Virus record (IMG/VR): IMGVR_UViG_3300037047_000246
Length of the DNA: 64,000 bases
Origin: a virus
Lineage: Duplodnaviria > Caudoviricetes
Reading direction: 5' to 3' (one strand)
The notes below the pieces were generated by a model, which was not told where the DNA came from, did not search any database, and saw nothing but the letters and a program-made list of their open reading frames with translations. Shown here piece by piece: positions 49,084-58,439 of this stretch. Position numbers and translations under genes: made by a program. Numbering within the stretch: position 1 is the stretch's first letter; each line of letters begins with the position of its first letter.

Positions 49084-52000
49084 ATGCCGACGAATCCACT
49101 GGGACCGGGTGTGTCACGATTCATTGATGATAGGGACTACCAGTACGCGGCTGTCGTTTTCCAGAAGGTTCGGCCACCGTGCGATTCCGAGTTGAATCTC
49201 ATCTCGCTCATGGACCTGGAGGCCAGAGCCGAGACAGTGAGGGCCAGGTATCCGTCCGGATGGCTGATGGACGTATCTAATCCGTACGTGGACTACAGGA
49301 CGGACCCGTCTTACTCGAACCATTTCTACTTCGGCCGAAACTCCTCAGTCGAAGTGCGAAATATCACATGGGCAGTGGTCAACGGATGGTTGATTCCTGT
49401 GGCAGGCACGCGCACCGGCAGCCCTCCGCTGGCGCCTGACGACGTGAACACCTGGAACAAGATCGCACTGAATCCGCCTAGCACTTCGACCGGAGGCAAC
49501 CGCGCCGAATTTGCGTTCCTTGAGGTGTGGCTGGCCAGAATAGATGTGGATCCGGCGCCGCCGGCGGTGGCCGACGGCAAACCCCAGCGCGGCGCTGTGT
49601 GGCGCTTCGGAAACGTCGAGGGCGGGTTCTCGTTCTTGCCTGATGGCATTGTCGACCCGGACATGAACTACGAGACCACCAAGCGCGTGCAGATCCAGTA
49701 TCGCATCCGGGTAGTGGCCGGCGTCAATATGGCGCAGAGCCCGGACGGATTCGACAAGACCTCAGTGTTCGCCCAGGGAGGTCTTGCTTCGCCCGGCGCG
49801 ATTCCGTTTGAGAACATGCGAAAGCAGCTCGGGGACCCGGGACTGTGGCGTGCAGGCACGGGCGACCCGGCCACGTTCGGCACTGCAGATGGCTACGTGT
49901 ACGCCGTGCCGTTGTGCGCAGTCTTTCGCCGCAACTCGGCTGGGTTCTCGGACGTCGGCAATTTGGCTGGAGCCTTCAACCGCAACAGCCTGGCTGCAAA
50001 CAGGGATGGGGACGCCGTATACCTGACTTCGGTCGACCTGCCGTCAGACCTGCTTGCATCAGATGTGTCTTTCGTCTTGACAAGCATCAGCGGAACGGTG
50101 CTGTCCACGATGACTGCGTTTGGAGAGGCATACTTCAGAATTGACGACGAAATCATCAAAATCGACAGCGTGCTACAGACTGGGCCGACGTCGTTCGTGG
50201 TCAACATTAACCGCGGAGCTTTGCAGACGGTCATCAGGGACCACAAGGCCGGGACAGCCCTTGTGCTGACTACGACCAGGCCAGACGGACTGTTTGCAGA
50301 CCAGATTGCGGCTTCCGACGTCTTGGACTTGCGGCACGCCGTGGCCGAAAGCTACGACTACGGCACCATGCTCAAGACGAATCTTGTGGAGTTGCTGAAG
50401 GGCAACCTCAGAACTTCGTGGAAGAGATACGGATCCACAAATACGGCGGGCCCGGTCGTTCTGTACGGGGACCGCATCACCGACTCGTCCATCTTCGTTG
50501 GCGGCTTATCTCGCCTCGATGCTCCAAGCGGAAACAGGAGAGCCTTTTCCGATGCTGTGGTCACGGAGAGGTACACAGTGGCCGCCCGAGTGCCGCCAAA
50601 CGCTGGGCCGGTTGGCTCAGGCCTCGCCGTCGGCGTGGCACCTTACAATATTCAGGTGGACTGGACAGGGGCTACCAGAGGGGTTGGCGGCAGGCAGCAG
50701 AGCGGAGTTGACTGGTGGTGGAACGGAGACGAGCTCACCATCAGACTGTCCGACTTCCGCTCGGGGCTCCCCACAGCCGATGCTGATCAGGTCAGGTTTG
50801 TGCTGCCCGCAGAAGATAGAGACGCTGTGCTGGTGCGGTTCGAAGGCATGACCACGGACCCGAACGGCGGGCTCGGTTCAGTTGTCGACAACTCTCCATC
50901 GGCCACGGAGCCCACGATGCTTCAGGGAGTCGACGTATATGACCCCCTAGGCCTCAGAATTCTGCGACATGGCGAGGGCATCCTGGTGTCCATAAACACC
51001 TCTGGCGACCTTGTCATTCGGTTCAGCTCCGACATAGACAGCACTATGCTTCAGGAGTTCACAGACGCCATGACGGGCTTCGCCGCCCCGACGCAAAGCA
51101 TGGCAGACGACACCGTCGCGCATATCCAGTTTGCTGTCGTATATGGGGCCGGCCGCGGTTTGTCGCACAAGCCAAAGCATGTGCATACGGTCAGTTGGCT
51201 GGGGAGTCCTAACAACTCGTCCAAGGTGATGACCCGCCCCGGCTTGCCCACTATGAACAGGATGATCCCGACTTATCTCGGCGATTCTCCTCTTGTGCAA
51301 ACTGGGTGCAACAGGAACCTGGCTCGCACTTCAGAAGTCATGGTGGATCCGGGTTCCAAGACGGTGTACGTCGCACCTTATCGCAACATCTTGTCGCCAA
51401 AGCTGCTGGCGCGCAGCGGCTACAGGCTCAACTGGTACGGCAGTTCTCCAGTGTTGTACCAAGGGCCGATGCCAAAAAGGAGTCTGGACGGGTCAGTCGA
51501 GGTGCACCCAGACACGGACCCTCTCGGCCTATTCTTCAGCCAAAGGCTGGACGGCGTGGCGAACTACGCTGAAACCAGATACGTGGAAATTCCGATTGAG
51601 CTCATGCCTAGGCCCGGGCTGCATCACATTCCTATCATTGCCGTCACAAACGGCGTGTTCCCCTCTGGCCTGAACTTCCTCGTCATGTCTAAAGAGGGAC
51701 CGTTCGGCGGCAATTCCAACAACACATCGAGCTGGAACCGAAATTTGGTCGCGTACCCCGACACCGGGCCGGGTTACTACATCGTCACCCCTAGACCAGG
51801 GGAGACGTACGGCGAGTCTGTTGGCGCCCGGTCGATTTTCGGCCAGAAGTACGTCAATACCAAGATAAAGTCTGCCTCCGGCGGCCAGTTCAAAGGCATA
51901 AAATTCCCGCCGTTCCTCGCGCCTGCCCGCATCACTGGTGTGTATCTGAGAGACCCGATCGCCAATCCGGTTGTTGTGGACTCCCCCATTTTCGACGACA

Positions 52001-53757
52001 ACCGAGTATTTACAGGTGCCGGCACAGCTGTGAACCTGCTGCGCGACGACTGCGACGCTGCCACGGTGTTGCTGGACTTCGATGCCAACGAGGACTTGTA
52101 CTTCATTTTGAGTGCAGATGCGCTTGATTTGAGCAAGGCTCCTTCAGGCACCACGTTCGACTCGGCCAATTTCTTGGTCGAGTGCACGCTGTTCGCATTC
52201 GACAGGGGGTTTTTGCAGACCAATGCGCGTCTGCTCGTAGCCAAGTCGGGACAGTTCATTCCGGTTGGCGTCAATGAGTTTACTGGCGCAAGCGACAACA
52301 CTGTCGGCCTCATAACTCCGGCCCCGATGTCTCTTAACGCGGTGAACAACGAAATCACCTTGTACTACAGCAGAATGCCATACCAGGGCGACGTGTTCGG
52401 CACTCAGGGCGCCTACTCTGACGATTTGCAGCGTCTGGGTCCGCTCACTGTCGGAGAAGCCCAAGCTGTGTTCCAGCACCCTCTCGGCAGTCCTGACACG
52501 CTGACGCTAAAGAACCGGGCCGGGTTCGAGGTGTTGGCCTCGCTTTCGTTCGTCACCTCTCTCGGCACTGGCCGGTTGTCCGGCTCCACGCCCATTCCTA
52601 TACTGAGCGCGGTCAGCAATCCTGACGGACCGCCCAGCTGGGCCGGCACGCTTGTCGACATGGACCGCAGGTTTTCCATGAACCGGGTCGGGTACGAAGA
52701 TTGGGCTGCGCCCAGGTATCCCGTCACCGCCGCGTCTGTGGCATCTCGCCCTCAAATAAAGCGCGGCGCAATGTCTGAGAACTACGACAGAGACCTGCAT
52801 CCGGAGTTTGCCGGATGCGTGTCCAATTTGCCTCTCGGCGTATATTTCCGCGACAAGGACTTCGTTGGAAAGACGCTATACCAGACTCGCTCTGCGTCCT
52901 CTGGCGCTGCCATCTCTGTCGGCACGTTGTCTTTCCAGCCGTTTCAGTCTTCGCAAGCCGTGGCCGGGGCTGGTCTGCCAAAGTGGGAAGGTACGGAGTT
53001 TGTGTGCGGCAACGCTTCTAACGTCACCGGCAACGGGGGCGAGTCGCTGGTGAGAGTTGACGGCACATCTGTCGTCACCGACGTGCACAATTTCAAGACG
53101 ACTCGTGGCGGGGCTGCCTACTCTGTCACCTCTCCGTGGGCAGGCTCCGACATCTCTGCCAAACTCGCAAAAGCCAAGCCGAATTCGGAAGTTGGTGCCG
53201 TCGTAGCTGGAGTGGCCTATCTCGTCCGTTCCCAACCCGAGACCATCAACTCCTCAGAAGTGCACCCCGGGCACGAACTGCAAATGATGATCGTGACCCA
53301 AGCGTCTCCGGCCTACTTCAGGGAAACTGAAGTCGTGCACTCTGCAGCCGGCCGCAACGAGGGATTCACCGCCGCCGACAGGTTCCGCGTCTGGGGTCGG
53401 CCGCTAGAGAAGCGCCGCGGCGGCGTGGACGTTGAAATAATCCCTACTGCCAGGCCGGTGTTTATCAACAACGTGTGGGACGATCCCATCTTTTACGGAT
53501 CCAGCGACCCCAGCACTCAAGCCTTCAAACAAGAAACTGTTTTGGTGTCTTACGCCGGCCAAACGTCTTTTCCCAACGCTCTGAGCGCCAGGCCGCTGGA
53601 TCCGACCACAGTGCAAGCGTGGCTCGGAGGACTGAAGCTGCAGTACGGCGTGGACTATTCCATAACGGGTTCTCCAATTTTCCGCGACTTCGTCTACACC
53701 GGCATCCCGGCCCTCAAGACCACAGACACGCTGGAAATATGGTACGCTGCCATATAG
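49084..53757 (+). CDS. baseplate/tail-fibre-associated protein, paralogue 2 (1557 aa)
   Basis: Shares the N-terminal domain with 45737-48304; also has a common virion module (FRIDDEIIK...RG..T....H.AG). Confidence 0.7.
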   Translation: MPTNPLGPGVSRFIDDRDYQYAAVVFQKVRPPCDSELNLISLMDLEARAETVRARYPSGWLMDVSNPYVDYRTDPSYSNHFYFGRNSSVEVRNITWAVVNGWLIPVAGTRTGSPPLAPDDVNTWNKIALNPPSTSTGGNRAEFAFLEVWLARIDVDPAPPAVADGKPQRGAVWRFGNVEGGFSFLPDGIVDPDMNYETTKRVQIQYRIRVVAGVNMAQSPDGFDKTSVFAQGGLASPGAIPFENMRKQLGDPGLWRAGTGDPATFGTADGYVYAVPLCAVFRRNSAGFSDVGNLAGAFNRNSLAANRDGDAVYLTSVDLPSDLLASDVSFVLTSISGTVLSTMTAFGEAYFRIDDEIIKIDSVLQTGPTSFVVNINRGALQTVIRDHKAGTALVLTTTRPDGLFADQIAASDVLDLRHAVAESYDYGTMLKTNLVELLKGNLRTSWKRYGSTNTAGPVVLYGDRITDSSIFVGGLSRLDAPSGNRRAFSDAVVTERYTVAARVPPNAGPVGSGLAVGVAPYNIQVDWTGATRGVGGRQQSGVDWWWNGDELTIRLSDFRSGLPTADADQVRFVLPAEDRDAVLVRFEGMTTDPNGGLGSVVDNSPSATEPTMLQGVDVYDPLGLRILRHGEGILVSINTSGDLVIRFSSDIDSTMLQEFTDAMTGFAAPTQSMADDTVAHIQFAVVYGAGRGLSHKPKHVHTVSWLGSPNNSSKVMTRPGLPTMNRMIPTYLGDSPLVQTGCNRNLARTSEVMVDPGSKTVYVAPYRNILSPKLLARSGYRLNWYGSSPVLYQGPMPKRSLDGSVEVHPDTDPLGLFFSQRLDGVANYAETRYVEIPIELMPRPGLHHIPIIAVTNGVFPSGLNFLVMSKEGPFGGNSNNTSSWNRNLVAYPDTGPGYYIVTPRPGETYGESVGARSIFGQKYVNTKIKSASGGQFKGIKFPPFLAPARITGVYLRDPIANPVVVDSPIFDDNRVFTGAGTAVNLLRDDCDAATVLLDFDANEDLYFILSADALDLSKAPSGTTFDSANFLVECTLFAFDRGFLQTNARLLVAKSGQFIPVGVNEFTGASDNTVGLITPAPMSLNAVNNEITLYYSRMPYQGDVFGTQGAYSDDLQRLGPLTVGEAQAVFQHPLGSPDTLTLKNRAGFEVLASLSFVTSLGTGRLSGSTPIPILSAVSNPDGPPSWAGTLVDMDRRFSMNRVGYEDWAAPRYPVTAASVASRPQIKRGAMSENYDRDLHPEFAGCVSNLPLGVYFRDKDFVGKTLYQTRSASSGAAISVGTLSFQPFQSSQAVAGAGLPKWEGTEFVCGNASNVTGNGGESLVRVDGTSVVTDVHNFKTTRGGAAYSVTSPWAGSDISAKLAKAKPNSEVGAVVAGVAYLVRSQPETINSSEVHPGHELQMMIVTQASPAYFRETEVVHSAAGRNEGFTAADRFRVWGRPLEKRRGGVDVEIIPTARPVFINNVWDDPIFYGSSDPSTQAFKQETVLVSYAGQTSFPNALSARPLDPTTVQAWLGGLKLQYGVDYSITGSPIFRDFVYTGIPALKTTDTLEIWYAAI

Positions 53758-53835
53758 CGCTGCTGTAGAACCTGCCCAATACTTCACGCTGGACCGGTTC
53801 ACTAGACCAATCGAAAGTGTCCTGCTCAGGTTATT

Positions 53836-53907
53836 ATGGCCGAGATTGTTCGGCGCGTGCCGATGTGTAAAGACTGCTGTGTGGAGGCACGCCGGGAGAC
53901 GCCATGA
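53836..53907 (+). CDS. candidate leader mini-ORF MAEIVRRVPMCKDCCVEARRETP (23 aa)
   Basis: Starts at the ATG of a TTATTATG motif and ends in an ATGA overlap with the tailspike start; contains CxxC. Translation is not demonstrated. Confidence 0.3.
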   Translation: MAEIVRRVPMCKDCCVEARRETP

Positions 53908-56900
53908 CCAGGCCTCGAGCACTCCAGATCAATAATCCGCAAGTCGCATACACCAAGCAGTTGAATCTGGCGAGCGTTAGCTCGTCTTCAAAGAGCGTGG
54001 ACCGAGCTGTCTTGGAATCGGTTTCCACGACAAACGCGGTCGGCGGCACTTTGCAGTCTTTGCCGGCTGAGATGACCGGCACTGCAGGGCCGTTCACTGG
54101 CGTGACTACCGGCAATTCGTTCGGCATCAGGATGCCCGGCGTTCTTGGCGGCAACGTCGTGACCGTTGCATTCATCGGCAGCGATTTTCTTACCGTTGGA
54201 GCCGACACCAGCGTGCTGACTGCGGCCAGAGTTGCAGCCGCCATTCGGCGGGAGCTAGGAGCGGCAGTGGGCATAGGCGACGACGCCGAAGCGGCATGCG
54301 ACGTTCGAGGCTGCGTGCGTGTCTTCAGCCGCAAACACACGATGGCTGGGTGGGAGTTCGACTACGGCGACGACGCCTACGTGACACTGACTGAGTCAGG
54401 TCACACGCCCGGCATTTTGGCGAAGCTCGGATTCGGAGCCGTAGCATTCAAATCGAGCTGGGGTGCCACGGCTCCTGTGCGAGGCTTGCACACAAGCAGC
54501 CTGGATGTTGTGACAGGAGCGGGCAGCTTCGGCCCGAGCGGATCTTGCGCGTACGAAGGCAAAGCAGGATACTGCCAACTCAGGTATGTTAACGGCGAAG
54601 CCGTACTGACTGCCCCTACCCACAATGTGTGCTTCCCTGGCGCAGGTTCGCTCCCCAACGCTGTCGGCGGGCAAGCAGTGTACGCATACCTCAGCTACCC
54701 GTACTACCTGAACGCGAACGAGTGTCGGTTCAGCTTCTTTGCGCACGGGTATAGGAACGCTGCGATTGTTGGAGAGAACGGCGACTTCGCGTCCTTGGTG
54801 ACTGGGGACACTCTCGAAATTGAAATGGGAGTGGACGGACTGGTGTCGATCGTCCAGGTGCCGTTTGCCACCGGCACAGTGCTGTCTGTGGACGGCGCAG
54901 TGAACGCGGTGAACTCCACCTACTGGGCGGCGGGCTTCGGCACGGCTGTGGTGATAGCGTCTGTGCCAGAGCCGTACGAACTCGACGACACGGACTTTCT
55001 GCACATGCGGCGTGACGGCGTTCAGTGCATGTGCAGTTTTGCCAATGCCGTCGGCAAGACGTCTGCGCAAGACATTGCAGACGAAATAAACTCGGGGACG
55101 TTCGCCGGGTTCGCATCTGTGGTGAACGCAGGCGGCAAGAACTATCTGCAGCTGTCGTCAGATTTGCCTGCTGGACCTAACTCGTCTGTGCAGGTGTTGT
55201 CCTTGACCACAAAGGCCACGCTGGCGAAGCTCGGGCTGCAAGTGGGCATCGTCGCAGGTTCCAACATCTGCAGCAAAGTCGGCACAGAGATTCAGTTCCA
55301 GCTTCCGTTCTGCGATCCGGTGCCGGCCAAGATGGCGCAGTTTTACATTGTGCTGCGCAACGCGAGCGGAGACGCATGCAACAAACTGGGAATTAGGCCG
55401 GCCCAAGTCAATGTGCCAGAGTACGCATCCATGGGCGAGTTTGTGGCCGTGCCGCCGCCGTGGCCTGAGGCTGGGGCAAGCGCGGCTTCTGTGTACGTCA
55501 TGTTGCCTGAGGTGGTCGAGTACGGAGACATCGAACCTGACTTTGCGTCCACCGCCGCCAAGTTCCAAAACATCGACACTGTGCCGCAGCTGGACACGTC
55601 GACGAGAGGCATTGAGCAATCCGGCAAGCCGGCCACGTTGGACAGACAAGGCCTGGTGCCTTCGCATCTGCTTAGCAGCGCGCTGCCCGCCTTGTCTTTG
55701 GACACTTTGACCGTGGGCGCAAAGACTCCGGCAATGACGCCCAGGCTGAGCATGCCGTACTCTCGCAGCACTGGAACTTTGTCAGTTACTTTGCTGACAG
55801 AGTCCATCGGCGTACCCGCGACTGCGCCTCCGGCAACCGTCAAAAACACGTATGCGGAGAGAAACTACGCTTTCTCTTACATATTCGGAGGCGGCAACAC
55901 GGCGTCTCACGTGTCAACTTGGAATGCCAGGTGGCTGCCGTCTACCGGAAAGTGGACTAAAGACCTGGCAGACAAGTCTGCCAGCATGATTGCATTCGAC
56001 AACAACGGATATTGGCAACTTGGGGTGCAGTCTGCTGGAGACAACGCCGACTGGGAAGAATTCACCCGGATGGTGTTGATCAGAACAGACAACCCTGAAA
56101 GCGGACCCACGATAGAGCTGCTGTCAGGCGGATTCTATGCCAATGCGGACACACTGTTGTTTTCGGACAACAACATGGTGGGTATTGGCTCAGACTACAT
56201 GAAGCTGACGCAAGCCGACGCAGGCGCCCAGTTCCTGCGTCTGTCTGACGTGTTTCAGGCGCCGTCTGCGTCGTCGATAGTCAGGCATTTGAATTCAAGG
56301 ACGCACATCACAGTAGGAGACGGAGTCAACACGTTCGGCGATTTCAACGGCACGAACGGACTTATCGACGCTGTCGCGTTTTTGACCAGCACTCCGGCAA
56401 TAGGCACCAGGCGAGCCACCATTCACCTGAAGTCAGGTTCATATACCGGCGGCATTGCCATCGCGACAAACACCGGCATCATCGACCTGGAAATTGTCGG
56501 CATGCCTGGCGGCGACAACGTCACGGCCGCAGGAACGTACGGCACATGCATTATAGAGCAGCCGCTGAGCGACATGAACACGGTCACTTTCACCAGGACC
56601 GGCACGAGCATCGGGTCTTTGACCCTCAAAAACGTGGCGGTGCACGTGAGAGGGCTGTACTATGGAGTCGAAATGGTGGGAGGAGCTCACCTGCATATGG
56701 ACCGGTGCAGAGTGCAGTGCGTGTCCGTCAACAATCCGGCGGCACAATCTGACGGCGGCCAAGTGAAGCGAGCAGCAGTCAGCATTTCGAACTGTCGCTT
56801 GTCGGGTTCTCCCGACGCGGGCGGGAATGGTCCGCTCACGTTCAAGAATGTGGCGGCGGCCCCGGAGACGTTCGTCGTTGAAAACAGCACGTTCGCCTAC

Positions 56901-58439
56901 GGACTGGCCGAGCAAAGATGCGTGTACATCCACGCCAGCGCTGGCATCAGCAGCGTCGTGCGCATGGGAGCCCTGCAGTTCAAAAACTGCAAGTTCAATC
57001 TCTCCCCAGGCAAACTGGACAACGGCAATTTGACGGCAAACACCGGGTTGATCGACCTGAACCCCAACGGCAAGAACGTGCGCGCCGGCGCTGGTCTGAT
57101 CGTAGACAGCATCTTGTTTGAAGACTGCGACGTGGACGCTGTCTACACGGGTTCAGGATGGTCAAACATTCTGCTGCACTTGCTTCCAACAGCCAACGGC
57201 ACAGTGGCCAGCGGCGCGTCCGAATTCGCGTACGTCGACAATCTGTCATTCAATCGAACTCGCTTCAACTGGGTGCCTAATGCTGGCGCGACAGTCAGTC
57301 CGTTCACTGTCGCTTTCCGTGAGTACGGACGAGTGTCGTTTAACGGGTGCATATTCAACCGCAACAGTCTTGTTTTTCCAGCTTCATGCAAACAGGGATA
57401 CTGCACCGTTGACGTGGACTACGCCTTCACCACTATCGCGGACAACGAGTGGGGCGCTGTGTCTATGAGCTGCAATGAGATTGTGATTCGAGATTGTGAA
57501 TTCGACAGATTCGTCCTCGGAGGCGAAACGGGCGACTTGAATTTGCAGTGGTATAGAAACCTGGTTGCAACAGGTTTGGTGTTCAGCAATTACGACCTGA
57601 CTAATGAGTCCCTTCAACCGCTGAAGCGCATCAGACTCAATTGTCCAGTGATTACCGGAACTGGTTCCTTCAGCGCATCGCTTCTAGGGTCTTTGACAAC
57701 CCTTTCAACCGTAGGCAGTTGGGGAGGAAACTTCATCACTGTCCACGGATACAACTTGACAATTCACGATACGACGATACGCAATTTTGTGTGTACCATC
57801 CCTACAACCCCGGCGACAAACGGGATAGCAACAGTGGATGGGGACAGTTACGGGGTGTCCGTAGTTCAGTGCACCATAGACGGTGTCAAAAGCCCGGTAA
57901 AAATCATTGACACTGCAGGCAAAACGACTCTTTCTAGGTGCACTTTCACAAGATGTGTTGACGACGTGGATATCAATACTGCATACGACATAGAAGTTTC
58001 GAACTGCACAGTCACAGATTTTATTGGCAACTTCGGACTTAGAATAACTTACCGTAATGAGACACAAAGCATATTGGTGTGCAACAACACAGTCAAGGGC
58101 AACGGAGGCATTGGTTGCAACGCAGGCTTAACCAAATTCGCTCAAATTTGGTTCGGAAGCTCCGCTGGGGGCAAGGTATATCCTAACATCGTAGCAACCG
58201 GCAATAACTGCGGTGGGTACGGCATAACTCCAAATAACTGCATCATCAGGATCTTGAACAGGAACACAGGTTATGAGGCGGTTGGCCCCGGTAAGCATCT
58301 CACCAGCAACAACCTGGTCGGCCTGGAAACTTCGTACGACACTACAGGTCCAGGCACTGCCATACTGATTTTCGATGATGATGGGGAGTGTTTGCACAAC
58401 ATAGCCAGGCTCAGGAACAAGCTGGATGGCGAAGCATGA
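53904..58439 (+). CDS. tailspike / receptor-binding protein with a C-terminal parallel beta-helix (possible depolymerase, 1511 aa)
   Basis: ITVGDG..TFGDFNG and IHLKSGSY at the beta-helix entry (about 56305-56445), followed by Asn/Cys-ladder rungs (VENSTF, FKNCKF, FEDCDV, FNGCIF, IRDCEF, VSNCTV, VCNNTV). Confidence 0.7.
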   Translation: MTRPRALQINNPQVAYTKQLNLASVSSSSKSVDRAVLESVSTTNAVGGTLQSLPAEMTGTAGPFTGVTTGNSFGIRMPGVLGGNVVTVAFIGSDFLTVGADTSVLTAARVAAAIRRELGAAVGIGDDAEAACDVRGCVRVFSRKHTMAGWEFDYGDDAYVTLTESGHTPGILAKLGFGAVAFKSSWGATAPVRGLHTSSLDVVTGAGSFGPSGSCAYEGKAGYCQLRYVNGEAVLTAPTHNVCFPGAGSLPNAVGGQAVYAYLSYPYYLNANECRFSFFAHGYRNAAIVGENGDFASLVTGDTLEIEMGVDGLVSIVQVPFATGTVLSVDGAVNAVNSTYWAAGFGTAVVIASVPEPYELDDTDFLHMRRDGVQCMCSFANAVGKTSAQDIADEINSGTFAGFASVVNAGGKNYLQLSSDLPAGPNSSVQVLSLTTKATLAKLGLQVGIVAGSNICSKVGTEIQFQLPFCDPVPAKMAQFYIVLRNASGDACNKLGIRPAQVNVPEYASMGEFVAVPPPWPEAGASAASVYVMLPEVVEYGDIEPDFASTAAKFQNIDTVPQLDTSTRGIEQSGKPATLDRQGLVPSHLLSSALPALSLDTLTVGAKTPAMTPRLSMPYSRSTGTLSVTLLTESIGVPATAPPATVKNTYAERNYAFSYIFGGGNTASHVSTWNARWLPSTGKWTKDLADKSASMIAFDNNGYWQLGVQSAGDNADWEEFTRMVLIRTDNPESGPTIELLSGGFYANADTLLFSDNNMVGIGSDYMKLTQADAGAQFLRLSDVFQAPSASSIVRHLNSRTHITVGDGVNTFGDFNGTNGLIDAVAFLTSTPAIGTRRATIHLKSGSYTGGIAIATNTGIIDLEIVGMPGGDNVTAAGTYGTCIIEQPLSDMNTVTFTRTGTSIGSLTLKNVAVHVRGLYYGVEMVGGAHLHMDRCRVQCVSVNNPAAQSDGGQVKRAAVSISNCRLSGSPDAGGNGPLTFKNVAAAPETFVVENSTFAYGLAEQRCVYIHASAGISSVVRMGALQFKNCKFNLSPGKLDNGNLTANTGLIDLNPNGKNVRAGAGLIVDSILFEDCDVDAVYTGSGWSNILLHLLPTANGTVASGASEFAYVDNLSFNRTRFNWVPNAGATVSPFTVAFREYGRVSFNGCIFNRNSLVFPASCKQGYCTVDVDYAFTTIADNEWGAVSMSCNEIVIRDCEFDRFVLGGETGDLNLQWYRNLVATGLVFSNYDLTNESLQPLKRIRLNCPVITGTGSFSASLLGSLTTLSTVGSWGGNFITVHGYNLTIHDTTIRNFVCTIPTTPATNGIATVDGDSYGVSVVQCTIDGVKSPVKIIDTAGKTTLSRCTFTRCVDDVDINTAYDIEVSNCTVTDFIGNFGLRITYRNETQSILVCNNTVKGNGGIGCNAGLTKFAQIWFGSSAGGKVYPNIVATGNNCGGYGITPNNCIIRILNRNTGYEAVGPGKHLTSNNLVGLETSYDTTGPGTAILIFDDDGECLHNIARLRNKLDGEA

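Larger units (their letters stand above)
4415..53838 (+). promoter_or_regulatory. dispersed candidate late-promoter motif YTNYTATG
   Basis: Exact TTATG in spacers at 10943, 30519, 45717, 49032, 53834; CTATG at 6039, 28578; variants at 1265 (TTATA), 4415 (CTTTTGATG), 34817 (CTTTAATC). Confidence 0.55.
4447..58439 (+). other. contractile tail and baseplate morphogenesis module of a large myophage
   Basis: Order tube, chaperones, TMP, initiators, hub, spike, gp25, J, I, fibres/tailspike; sheath and head genes are not in the window. Confidence 0.88.

Noticed and set aside
1-58439. Interpretation as a bacterial eCIS or tailocin locus
   Set aside because: An AAA+ ATPase near the tube is suggestive, but a 1195-aa tape measure, chaperones, adjoining SNF2/DnaB-like replication genes and the absence of host genes fit a phage better.
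53904-58439. Diversity-generating retroelement targeting a fibre or tailspike
   Set aside because: No reverse transcriptase and no near-identical TR/VR nucleotide pair seen in the window.
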